Source: Sumerlaeia bacterium
GTDB lineage: Bacteria; Sumerlaeota; Sumerlaeia; SLMS01; JAHLLQ01
Assembly (NCBI GenBank): GCA_040219255.1
Contig: JAVJSW010000038.1
Span: 1 to 15,223, forward strand
Direction: 5' to 3'
Length of the DNA stretch: 15,223 nucleotides
The notes under the pieces were generated by a model, which made no database searches, had not been told where the DNA came from, and saw only the letters and a program-made list of their open reading frames with translations. The position numbers were made by a program, and so were the translations under genes. Positions 1 through 8,497 of this stretch are shown here, piece after piece (position 1 is the first letter of the stretch; each line of letters opens with the position of its first letter).

Positions 1-141
1 CTCCAGCAGAGCCCTATCCTCCGGCCGGCTGGTAAGTAGAAAAGCACGCTCGGCGCGGCCGAGCAAGCTCTTGCCTGCGGAGGGGAAAAAGTGTTACCGA
101 TGTCTCCGGTACAAAGTGTCACCCCTCTGCCCGGTCGTACA
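1..141 (+). mobile_element. Terminal end (probably right end) of an IS481-family insertion sequence, truncated by the window start
   Basis: Two tandem 25-bp imperfect repeats, AAAGTGTTACCGATGTCTCCGGTAC (88-112) and AAAGTGTCACCCCTCTGCCCGGTCG (113-137), end in TACA at 141. This fits the 5'-TGT...ACA-3' ends with repeated transposase-binding sites typical of IS481. Frame 1 over 88-141 reads KVLPMSPVQSVTPLPGRT, a peptide I recall at the C-termini of IS481 transposases. No transposase body is in the window. Confidence 0.75.
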
Positions 142-301
142 AATCGTTCCCGTCGGCATCGTCCCCTCAGTCAATCACGAGGTGCAGAAGCTTGACTCGT
201 CGTGCACATAGCCATTACTGGCAATTACCCTGGTAAACTGCTTATTTTCAATGATTGACAGAGTGTCATTCGGCTGACACAGGATCACAGTTACATACCC
301 A

Positions 302-1771
302 TTACATACCGTCAGCCCAAAACGGGATGTATCTCCGATCCCGATTTGAGTTGCTTCCCGTATCCGCTCTCCTCACCAGCCCCGCGTCCAATGCCTCCTT
401 GATAATCCGCGAAGCCATAGGATAATTGGATTTATCAATGTTGAGCCGCTCGCGCAAACTCTCGTTGGACATCTTATCGGAAGCGAGCCACTTCAGACAA
501 GCGTGTTGGTAACAAGCCCGAACGCGGTCCCCCTTATCCATTTCGGCAAGGCTTCGAGGCGAAAGCAGGGTCACTCGCGTGTGGTTCGGTGTCACCTGGA
601 AATTCGGGGGAGGCAACTGATACAATTCGATGGCGGTAATTACCTTATCAATTCCCGTGCCTCGCTCCTCAATGATGTTCATTCTCCGCATCATTCCGGC
701 CAACGCCTCATTCCTTGACCTCGGCGGTTCATCCATAAAACGAAGCACATCTATCAATGGCTGACCAGGATTTGTGATCTCCATACGATCCGTAAATAGC
801 TCAATCATTGGCCCCGTACCTTCCAGAGAAAAATCCTGATGCACAAGGGCGTTCGGAACCAACTCTCGAATGGCCTCCCCAGGATACACCGGAACTTCTC
901 TTCGAAATGCCTGCCCGATTTCTTCATTGGCGGGGAGACGGGCATGGATATAGCCTATCAGTCCTTCGAATCCAACCGCATAGCCTTTTGTTGCCTCCTG
1001 CTCCCTTAGTGTCCGAATCCGATCCCGCCCTTCGTACTCGATGACCCGCACACTCTTCCTCTTCAGTTTTTGAAAGTCACCGAGTCGATAGGCAAACAGA
1101 ATCGCCCCCAGGTTGGTAATCTGGAACTCATCCTCCCCAATTCTTATAATAATACCTTCCTTTGCCAATTGCCCCAAGATGCCAGAGCGGCCATCAGGCA
1201 TTGGGAGCCTCAGAAGTCGGAAGCATTCCGGATAGTCTATCAACTCGAGCACTCGCTGCCCAGTCAGGCCCTGTAGCGCTATCCCGTCCTCGAAGCGCAT
1301 TGTCGAAAATCGGCCCCAGAGAACTCTTTCCTTTTCAGGAAAATCCTTGAGTTTGCGGGTATAGCTGCCTATTCGAATGTGTTCCTCCGACTTGAATCTG
1401 ACGGGACTACCGGGCGCGGGAAAGACTTCGAGGACAACGATTCGTTTACCGGTTTCCAGACTAAATTCATGAATATTAAAATCGACCTGGGGGTGCAGAT
1501 TCTTGTGCAGCCAGTTCTCAAGCTCTTCGCCTCCAACCAATTGGCTTCGGGGACGAAAAGCTGTTCCAACCACGCGTGAAGTTCCGTCCTCAACACCCCA
1601 GACTATCCAGGCGCGCTCCCGATTCAGCAAAGCGGCACTGTTGGATAAAGTCGATATGTTTTCACCGATTTTCTGAGGGTTCTCGTTCCCTACTTTGTAC
1701 TCCACCCACTCCGTCTCCTTGGGAAGAGCCCGGAGTTCTTCAAGCAGCCTCGTCAGTTGGTCATCGTTCAT
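302..1771 (-). CDS. Schlafen/AlbA_2 domain + HATPase_c_4 (RecG C-terminal-like) + winged-HTH protein, 489 aa
   Basis: N-terminal ETEWVEYK...ISTLSNS...WIVWGVED (AlbA_2 signature). Central AIRELVPNALVHQDF, MEITNPG, SRNEALAGMMRRMNIIEERGTGIDK (HATPase_c_4). C-terminal MSNESLRERL...ASRIIKEALDAGLV and YIPFWA (wHTH). Confidence 0.88.
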   Translation of the reverse strand: MNDDQLTRLLEELRALPKETEWVEYKVGNENPQKIGENISTLSNSAALLNRERAWIVWGVEDGTSRVVGTAFRPRSQLVGGEELENWLHKNLHPQVDFNIHEFSLETGKRIVVLEVFPAPGSPVRFKSEEHIRIGSYTRKLKDFPEKERVLWGRFSTMRFEDGIALQGLTGQRVLELIDYPECFRLLRLPMPDGRSGILGQLAKEGIIIRIGEDEFQITNLGAILFAYRLGDFQKLKRKSVRVIEYEGRDRIRTLREQEATKGYAVGFEGLIGYIHARLPANEEIGQAFRREVPVYPGEAIRELVPNALVHQDFSLEGTGPMIELFTDRMEITNPGQPLIDVLRFMDEPPRSRNEALAGMMRRMNIIEERGTGIDKVITAIELYQLPPPNFQVTPNHTRVTLLSPRSLAEMDKGDRVRACYQHACLKWLASDKMSNESLRERLNIDKSNYPMASRIIKEALDAGLVRRADTGSNSNRDRRYIPFWADGM

Positions 1772-1850
1772 TGTTTTTCACCACGTCGTTCCCTGTAAAC
1801 GATGCCAGTTCGCAACGGAGAGCAAGCAAATAGTGGCCATTTCTCCTTAT

Positions 1851-1859
1851 ATTATACCA
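1851..1859 (-). promoter_or_regulatory. Candidate extended -10 sigma70 promoter for the AlbA_2 gene
   Basis: The minus strand reads TGGTATAAT, a perfect TGnTATAAT, about 80 bp upstream of the ATG at 1771. No well-spaced -35 is visible. Confidence 0.45.
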
Positions 1860-2015
1860 GCCCATTTGGAGATAAAGATCGAGGTCAAAGAAGGTAACGT
1901 GAATCTTCAGCGGGGGGATGCTACACCCATCTTTCGGCCAAAGATCATCGACTTCGCAACGAGAAATCAGGGCCAGAGCCGACTGCGGCGTGAAGCCTGC
2001 CAGCCCCACCCTACC

Positions 2016-2693
2016 TCAGCCATCCGTCGCAAGCAAACGGACGCGCGATGCACTGACCACGTTTCCCCGTCGATCGCCATTCGCGGCCTCGATAACAAAG
2101 GATGGCGACTGGGATTCGTAGAAGTGCAACCCAGCCAGAAACAAAGCCAAGGCGCTCTTGCGGTTGAGCCGAACGACGTTCCTTTCGGCTGAGAAATCAA
2201 AATGCCACGGTGCTGTCAGAGAAACGTAAGTGGCGTGCAGACAGGTGTAGAGCAGCCCAAACCGGCTCGCATCCAACCATTTCGGAGCTTGTGCGAGACG
2301 CTCGGCGAATCCCTGATCGAGCAACCAGAAATCCGGGTGGTCATTCAAGTCTTTCTGGCTGCCAGCAAGGTGCTCATAGTCTGTGCAGGTCAGAATATAG
2401 GGCATGGAAATCAAAACGGGTTCGTCCCTCCCTTCCGCATACACATAGCCGGACCGATACTCTGCGGCTTCGCCGTTTTCGCACAAACTGACGAACTCAA
2501 TCAGGACAAAGGGCATGCTCGCTCGCCTGCATCCGATCTGCACCTCATCCTCCTCGTTCGAGATAATAAGCCTAAGGTCTTTGAGGTCAGCCACATCGAA
2601 CAACCGATGCTGCAGGCAATCCATTGCCATTTCGTGCGGGAAGAGATACATCGGCGAACCTCTCTGTGGTAAGCTTCGGGCCTTGACGCTCAT
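2016..2693 (-). CDS. Hypothetical protein (about 225 aa), possibly the 5' part of a longer gene extending to 1761
   Basis: Protein-like composition. GGAG lies 5 nt upstream of the ATG at 2693 (the track start at 2762 looks over-extended). The same frame reopens directly after the TGA and runs to 1761. Confidence 0.6.
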   Translation of the reverse strand: MSVKARSLPQRGSPMYLFPHEMAMDCLQHRLFDVADLKDLRLIISNEEDEVQIGCRRASMPFVLIEFVSLCENGEAAEYRSGYVYAEGRDEPVLISMPYILTCTDYEHLAGSQKDLNDHPDFWLLDQGFAERLAQAPKWLDASRFGLLYTCLHATYVSLTAPWHFDFSAERNVVRLNRKSALALFLAGLHFYESQSPSFVIEAANGDRRGNVVSASRVRLLATDG

Positions 2694-2865
2694 CTCATCT
2701 CCAAGCCCGCCCCCCCACACCGTTAAAACCCACAGGTTTAACCGCACTTTGTCACGCGCCAACTTCGCCCGCCTGCCCTAGCCTCCTCTCCATTCCCCGG
2801 AAGAGGAGCGCCCTTCCATGCCTTACGCCGCCGCCAACCACCCCCATCCGCGTGAAGGCCAGCCG

Positions 2866-4134
2866 TCAATCCACCACCCGCCGCGCGAAGACAAACGACT
2901 TGGCCGCGCGCTCGGAATAGTTCTCGTCGTCCGGGTTCAGGCTGTTGATCTGCACGCCCTGGTCGATCGACTCGATGAACTGACCATCGCCCAGCGCCAT
3001 GCCCGTGTGGCTGATCGTGCCCAGCCGGCCCATGAAAAAGAGCGTGTCGCCCCGGCGGATGCCTTCCGGCGCCCAGAACGTCGCCACCAGATCGCCCACC
3101 AGCGATTGCTGGTCGGCGTCGCGCGGCAGGCGGATGCCCGCCGCGGCGTAACTGCTCTGCACCAAGCCGCTGCAATCCACGCCTTCCTGCGTCGTGCCCC
3201 CCCAGACGTACGGCGTCCCCAGCTTGCCCTTGGCCGCCGCCACCGCCACCTCCACGTCGTCTTCCATGCGGCTCACATCCGAGAACGCGAGCAGGTCCGA
3301 CAACTCCTGTCCATCCTTCGCGAGCACGGCGTGGCCTCGCGTCGGCGTCACCAGGAACTCCACGGTGCGGTCGTTCAGCGTGCTCTTCAGCGGAAACAGA
3401 CTGCCCGCTGGCAGGCGAAGCTGCCCCTGGCCATCCCGGATGTCCTGGCGCAGACGCACCCGCGTGGCCTTCGGGTCGTTCCATTCCAGGAACGTCTCCC
3501 GATCCATCGCTTCCACTTCGTCCGCATCGACCCAGCCCAGGTAGCCATCCATGCCATGCACATAATAATGCCCATCGGCCTCGCGCAAAATCCACACGCT
3601 GTCGCCCAGGCGCGCCTCCGTCACTGTCTCGCGGGGCTTCACCGGTTTCGAATACAGGAACGCGTTCGTGGTCGAGATCACCCCAAAGGCCTCGTCCATC
3701 GGCACATCCGGCAGCAGCGTCACGCCGCCGGTCGTCACCGGATCGAAACCCAGCGCGCCCAGGATGGCGGCAAAGGTGTTCACATGCTTCGGATATTCGG
3801 CGTAACCGGTCAGCGCCACGCCCCCCTCGCCATCCGCGGTGGCTTCCACATCGAAAGCGAAAAACCGCAAGTCCTCGATGAACGTGCGCTGGAAATGATC
3901 CAGATAAGCCGGCAGGCGTTCGGAATCGCCCTGGAGCGAAGGCTCCATCCGCGAAGCGGCGCGCTCCATCCGCCGCTCATACCAGCTCTTGCCCGAGTCG
4001 TCCTGCCCGACGACCTCGCCCCGGCGGATTTCCGCCGCGGGCGTGGGGGTGACCGCTGGGCGCGACTCCTGGGCGGTCGCCACCGTCCCCGGGATCAGGG
4101 CCAGCAGCAAGAAAGAGGAAAGGCGGGAAAACAT
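2866..4134 (-). CDS. Secreted SH3 + NlpC/P60 (C40) cysteine peptidase, YkfC/dipeptidyl-peptidase VI-like
   Basis: Signal peptide MFSRLSSFLLLALIPGTVATA. SH3b-like segment NAFLYSKP...TEARLGDSVWIL...DGYLGWVD. Catalytic domain GTPYVWGG...GVDCSGLVQ...LPRDADQQ...GDTLFF...SHTGMALGDGQFIES. GGAG upstream of the ATG at 4134. Confidence 0.9.
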   Translation of the reverse strand: MFSRLSSFLLLALIPGTVATAQESRPAVTPTPAAEIRRGEVVGQDDSGKSWYERRMERAASRMEPSLQGDSERLPAYLDHFQRTFIEDLRFFAFDVEATADGEGGVALTGYAEYPKHVNTFAAILGALGFDPVTTGGVTLLPDVPMDEAFGVISTTNAFLYSKPVKPRETVTEARLGDSVWILREADGHYYVHGMDGYLGWVDADEVEAMDRETFLEWNDPKATRVRLRQDIRDGQGQLRLPAGSLFPLKSTLNDRTVEFLVTPTRGHAVLAKDGQELSDLLAFSDVSRMEDDVEVAVAAAKGKLGTPYVWGGTTQEGVDCSGLVQSSYAAAGIRLPRDADQQSLVGDLVATFWAPEGIRRGDTLFFMGRLGTISHTGMALGDGQFIESIDQGVQINSLNPDDENYSERAAKSFVFARRVVD

Positions 4135-4192
4135 GAGAAACGGACTCCGTGCAAACGATTGCAAACAGTCACGTCCACCTTCTCATCGGGAG

Positions 4193-5038
4193 TCAAGGAA
4201 GCTTGAGATGACCCTCGTCCGAGTCGCGCCGGGCCGAACTTTCGGCGGGAGGGCAGGAATCTTCGGCGTCCGTCCCCGGCAGCACCGCCCCCGCAACCGC
4301 CTCCAGCGCCTGCCCCGGATGGCAGCCGTAAAGCCCGGACGCGTACACCGCGTTCAGCTCCACCACCGCCCAGCCCCGCAGCGGAATGAACCCCACGTCC
4401 AGCACGCACGCGGGCGGCAGAAGATCACGCGTTTCATCCACCACGTCCGCCGCGAACAGCGACGCGTCCGTATAGCGCGACAGCGGCGTCTCGTTCATCC
4501 CGGCGACCTTGCCGTCGCGCGCATAGATCGAACCCGTCAGAATCTGACCCTCCCGCACGAAAAACCGGAACTCCCACTCCCACCGCACAATCTCCGAAAT
4601 CAGCACCGGCCCATCCCCATCGAGCCGCCCCTCTGCCGGCAGTTCGCCCCCGTCCAGGTAAATCCTCGATTCGAACGCCCTCGACTCCGCCGGCTTTCCA
4701 AAGAACGGACGCGACAGATGACGCGCTTCCTCCAGCGAAAGCATCAGCACCAGGCGCCGCACGCAAGTCCACGGCGCCACCATCAGGTAGTCCGGCCGCG
4801 GAGCCGCCAGCCGCTTGCCCAATTGCTCCGCCAACGCCTCGCAGAACAGCGGATCCCCATACATCGCCAACCTCCGCCCCGGCTCCGGAACCGCATCGCC
4901 CAGGCGCCACGACTTCAATCGGCGGGTGCTCCAACCGTCCTGCATGGCAGCCTTCCACAGGCGCAGGCTGTCAGGCGATACGCGGGGCGAGAGAAGCAGA
5001 AGTGGTGGTTTCAGAGTGTTATAGGACAAAAAAGACAA
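4193..5038 (-). CDS. ATP-grasp domain protein, DUF4343/R2K-like (start uncertain)
   Basis: RPFFGKP, VLISEIV, EWEFRFFVREGQIL, and CVLDVG...GWAVVELN...ASGLYGC match the ATP-grasp ExRxF, D and ExN motif series of this family. Confidence 0.8.
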   Translation of the reverse strand: MSFLSYNTLKPPLLLLSPRVSPDSLRLWKAAMQDGWSTRRLKSWRLGDAVPEPGRRLAMYGDPLFCEALAEQLGKRLAAPRPDYLMVAPWTCVRRLVLMLSLEEARHLSRPFFGKPAESRAFESRIYLDGGELPAEGRLDGDGPVLISEIVRWEWEFRFFVREGQILTGSIYARDGKVAGMNETPLSRYTDASLFAADVVDETRDLLPPACVLDVGFIPLRGWAVVELNAVYASGLYGCHPGQALEAVAGAVLPGTDAEDSCPPAESSARRDSDEGHLKLP

Positions 5039-5147
5039 ATGCCATCTAAATAGGTTGAGAAAGGGCTGGCGTCACCACATCGGGCTGTGCAACCTTCTTC
5101 TCCGATGGGAGACGATCCCACTCCGAATAACTGTAGAGGAAAAAGTC

Positions 5148-6632
5148 ATGCCAAGTCGTGCCTTCCCTGTCCTGACCGCCGAAGAGGCCGCTCAATTCAT
5201 CGAAAATGGCAATGTCGTCGGCACCAGCGGTTTCACCGCCGCCGGTGCTTGCAAAGTCGTTCTCAAAGCCGTGGCTGCCCGGGCGAAGGCTGCCCACACC
5301 GCCGGCGATCCTTTTCAGATCAAGCTTCTCACCGGCGCTTCCACCGGCCCCAGCCTCGATGGCGCCCTCGCCGAGGCCAACGCGATCTCCTTCCGAACCC
5401 CCTATCAGAGCGACGGGTCCCTGCGCCGCAAGATCAACGATGGCTCGATCTCGTTCTACGACACCCACCTCTCCCACATTCCCCAATACGTCGAGTACGG
5501 CTTCCTCGGCAACATCGACGTCGCCGTCGTGGAAGCCGTCTCCGTCAGCCCGGAAGGCTTCGTCTACCTCACCACCTCTGTCGGCGCCTCGCCCACCTAC
5601 CTCAAGCACGCCGACAAAGTCATCATCGAACTCAACCGCTACCATGACCCCCGCCTGCGGGAAATCCACGACATCTACACCCCGGCGCCCCCGCCGAACC
5701 GCGCGCCCCTGCCCCTCCAGCACGCTCTCGACCGCATCGGCACACCCTATTGCATGGTGGACCCGGCCAAGATCGTCGGCGTGGTGGAAACCAATCTGCC
5801 GGACGAAGCCGGCGGTTTCCGCGAGCCCGACGACGCCTGTAAGGCCATCGGTCAGCACGTGGCCGATTTCCTGGCGGATGAAATGAAAGCCGGGCGCATC
5901 CCCAAGAGCATGCTCCCCGTCCAGGCCGGTGTCGGAAACGTCGCCAACGCCGTCATGGCCACCCTCGGTTCGGACCATCGCATCCCCGCCTTCCCCATGT
6001 TCACCGAAGTTGTCATGGACAGCATGATCGACCTGATCGCGGCGGGCAGAGTGACCGGCGCCTCGACTGCCGCGCTCACGCTCTCCCCGGAAAAACTTCA
6101 GGAAGTCTACGCCAACTTCAATCGTTTCGAGCGCAGCCTCGTCCTGCGTCCCCAGGCCGTCTCCAACAACCCCGAAGCGGTCCGCCGCCTCGGCGTCATC
6201 AGCATGAACACCGCCCTCGAAGTCGACATCTACGGCCACGTCAACAGCACCAACGTCTGCGGATCGCGCATGATGAACGGCATCGGCGGTTCCGGCGACT
6301 TCACCCGGAACGCCTACATCTCGATCTTCATGACGCCTTCCATCGCGAAGAACGGCGCCATCAGCGCCATCGTCCCCTTCGCCAGCCACGTCGACCACAA
6401 CGAGCACAGCGTCCAAGTCGTCGTCACCGAGCACGGCCTGGCGGACCTGCGCGCCAAACCCCCCAAGGAACGCGCCCGCCTCATCATCGACAACTGCGCC
6501 GACCCGTCCTATCGCCCGCTGCTCAACGAATACCTGCAAAGCTCAGCCATGGGCCACATGCCCCACAACCTCGCCCGGGCCTTCGAATTCCACACCCGAT
6601 TCCTCGAAACCGGCAGCATGATGCCCAAGTAA
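5148..6632 (+). CDS. Family I CoA-transferase (succinate CoA-transferase / acetyl-CoA hydrolase; AarC/ScpC/Cat1-like), 494 aa
   Basis: SGFTAAG, TGASTG, RTPYQS, DTHLSH, QAGVGNVANAV, FTEV (catalytic Glu), SNNPE, NGIGGSGDFTRNA, SHVDH and TEHGLADLR. AGAGGA RBS before the ATG at 5148. Confidence 0.95.
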   Translation: MPSRAFPVLTAEEAAQFIENGNVVGTSGFTAAGACKVVLKAVAARAKAAHTAGDPFQIKLLTGASTGPSLDGALAEANAISFRTPYQSDGSLRRKINDGSISFYDTHLSHIPQYVEYGFLGNIDVAVVEAVSVSPEGFVYLTTSVGASPTYLKHADKVIIELNRYHDPRLREIHDIYTPAPPPNRAPLPLQHALDRIGTPYCMVDPAKIVGVVETNLPDEAGGFREPDDACKAIGQHVADFLADEMKAGRIPKSMLPVQAGVGNVANAVMATLGSDHRIPAFPMFTEVVMDSMIDLIAAGRVTGASTAALTLSPEKLQEVYANFNRFERSLVLRPQAVSNNPEAVRRLGVISMNTALEVDIYGHVNSTNVCGSRMMNGIGGSGDFTRNAYISIFMTPSIAKNGAISAIVPFASHVDHNEHSVQVVVTEHGLADLRAKPPKERARLIIDNCADPSYRPLLNEYLQSSAMGHMPHNLARAFEFHTRFLETGSMMPK

Positions 6633-6651
6633 GGCACTCAACCTCAGCCAA

Positions 6652-6673
6652 CCCTCGCAGGCGACTGCGAGGG
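6652..6673. terminator. Stem-loop between convergent genes, likely terminator
   Basis: CCCTCGCAG-GCGA-CTGCGAGGG is a perfect 9-bp stem with a GNRA loop, 20 bp after the CoA-transferase stop. It has no strong U-tract. Confidence 0.6.
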
Positions 6674-6714
6674 GATTCGCTCTTGGAGGCTGCCTTCGCG
6701 GCCGGGAAGCCAGG

Positions 6715-7095
6715 CTACTCCTGCCCCCGGTCCCTCGCGGTCTGGAGTTTTTCCTTTAAGGCCTCGCGGTTTTCCTTCCGCAGCATGCTGGACCCGCCGT
6801 AGTTGCTGTCCGGAATCGCCCCCTGAACTTCCTGGAGCCGGGAATTGGCACGGCGCGGCTCGGTCTGGCTATTGTTGGGCGCGGCCGCCGCGGGATCGTC
6901 GATGACATCCATTTTGAAATTCCGCAGCCCCTCACCGACCAGCACAATAACCCACATCCCGAGGATCACCACCACGGTCGAGAAACAGGCCGCGAAGACC
7001 TGACGGAAGCCGTCTTTGATGCTTGGGCGTTCGCCGCTCATGGATGCGCTGCTCATGGGGACGTTGGTTCCTTCTGGCGCAAGGTAAGGTTTCAT
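6715..7095 (-). CDS. Hypothetical single-pass membrane protein, 126 aa
   Basis: Hydrophobic stretch VFAACFSTVVVILGMWVIVLVG and a charged helical C-terminus. GAGG upstream of the ATG. Confidence 0.7.
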   Translation of the reverse strand: MKPYLAPEGTNVPMSSASMSGERPSIKDGFRQVFAACFSTVVVILGMWVIVLVGEGLRNFKMDVIDDPAAAAPNNSQTEPRRANSRLQEVQGAIPDSNYGGSSMLRKENREALKEKLQTARDRGQE

Positions 7096-7140
7096 TAGCC
7101 GAACCTCGGACGGTTCACAAGGGGAAGGCGACTCGGACGA

Positions 7141-7482
7141 CTATGGCCACGTTTCTTGAGACTGCCTACTTCTAATATTTTGCTGTCTATTCAACTCCTC
7201 GATTCTCGCCTTTTGTTCCTGGCGGCGCTCCTCTGGGGTCATCACGCGCGGCGTGGGCGTAGGATTCGCCTTGAGGTACTCCTGGGCCTGGACGGCTTTC
7301 GTGGACTCCTGCTCGCCTTGCTCCTGGGCGATGCCTCCGAGGTCCATGAAAGCGAACACGATCAGCACAATCAGCACCAATCCGACAGCCCCCATGATGA
7401 GGAAATTCTTGGAGTCGGACGACTCTTCTTCCGATTCTGGATACATGGAAAACTCTCCGGATTTCGACTGTTGGTTGGTCAT
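7141..7482 (-). CDS. Hypothetical single-pass membrane protein, 113 aa
   Basis: Acidic N-terminus, TM segment FLIMGAVGLVLIVLIVFAFM, PTPTP linker and coiled C-terminus. AGGA upstream. Confidence 0.75.
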   Translation of the reverse strand: MTNQQSKSGEFSMYPESEEESSDSKNFLIMGAVGLVLIVLIVFAFMDLGGIAQEQGEQESTKAVQAQEYLKANPTPTPRVMTPEERRQEQKARIEELNRQQNIRSRQSQETWP

Positions 7483-7542
7483 GCATCCTGGAGATCAAGC
7501 CGTTCCCGGGGCAAATCGATTTCTCGTTTTCCGCAATCAAAC

Positions 7543-8367
7543 TTACTCCGCGTCCACAATCAAATACCGCGGCTTGTGGTAGTCGCTGCCCACAACCGCC
7601 GTGGCGATGGGGGTCATGCCTTCACGCTCCACCACGCCGTTCATCGCGACGTGGGTGTGGCCGCTGACGACCCAGCGCACTTTGCTGTACCGGGCCACGT
7701 CCTCGCCCATCGTGAAATGGCCGAAGAAGGGATTGCCCAGGGTCCAGAAATCGTCCTCGGGGCGGCGGTCCATCTGGTTGTCGAAGATCGGAACATGGGT
7801 CACGACCAAGATCGCCTTCACGTCCGGGTCGGCTTCGAGAACGTCGAGCTGTTTGCGCAAGCGCTCGCGGCAGGCGGCGGCGAATTCCTGATCCGACTGG
7901 GGCCAATCGACGCAGCGCGCGTCCATGGCGAAGCGCGGCTTCATGGCCAGGATTTGCTCGTCCGTCAGGCCCCGCTCCGGGTCGCGGGCGCTGTAATCGT
8001 ACCAGGCCATGCTGCCAGCGATGCCGACTTTCTGCCCGTCGCGGTCTTCGAGGAGGAAGGGCTCGTCGCCATCGAGCCAGAAGTAGCCTTCGCCCCGGGT
8101 GACGCGGGGCAGGATTTTGGTGAACAGCGGGGCGCTCGACTCGTTCTGGCTGATCCAGACGTCGTGATTGCCGGCCAGCACCAGCACCGGGACGCCAAGG
8201 CGGTGGAATTCCGCGAGGCACTCGGCGAAAATAAACGACGGATTCCCGATATCGCCCGCCAGCACCACCGCGTCCGGCGAGTCGCGGTCCATGGCGGCGA
8301 TCATGCGCCGCACCGGTTCGCGCCCGGTAACTTCCATGTGAAGGTCGGATGCTACGAGGAAACGCAT
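7543..8367 (-). CDS. Calcineurin-like metallophosphoesterase, 274 aa
   Basis: All five motifs are present: SDLH, LAGD, GNHD, VTH and GHTH. Start taken at MRFLVASDLH (ATG 8367). Confidence 0.92.
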   Translation of the reverse strand: MRFLVASDLHMEVTGREPVRRMIAAMDRDSPDAVVLAGDIGNPSFIFAECLAEFHRLGVPVLVLAGNHDVWISQNESSAPLFTKILPRVTRGEGYFWLDGDEPFLLEDRDGQKVGIAGSMAWYDYSARDPERGLTDEQILAMKPRFAMDARCVDWPQSDQEFAAACRERLRKQLDVLEADPDVKAILVVTHVPIFDNQMDRRPEDDFWTLGNPFFGHFTMGEDVARYSKVRWVVSGHTHVAMNGVVEREGMTPIATAVVGSDYHKPRYLIVDAE

Positions 8368-8497
8368 GAGGGCGGGCAATGCTCCGGACAAAAAGAAGGG
8401 TCGAGTCCGCGCGGCGGCGGGCTCTCGTTTGGCCTCTTCGCCCGAACGCGCGCAATGTCAAAAGCGCCATCGCCCCAGAACGTTGAACCACAGAGCG

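Noticed and set aside
88-137. 25-bp tandem repeat as a CRISPR or iteron array
   Set aside because: There are only two adjacent, imperfect units with no spacers. An IS481 end explains it better.
291-310. Direct repeat TTACATACC (291-299 and 302-310) at the AlbA_2 stop codon
   Set aside because: It is too short and isolated to call an att site or target duplication. A local slippage duplication is plausible.
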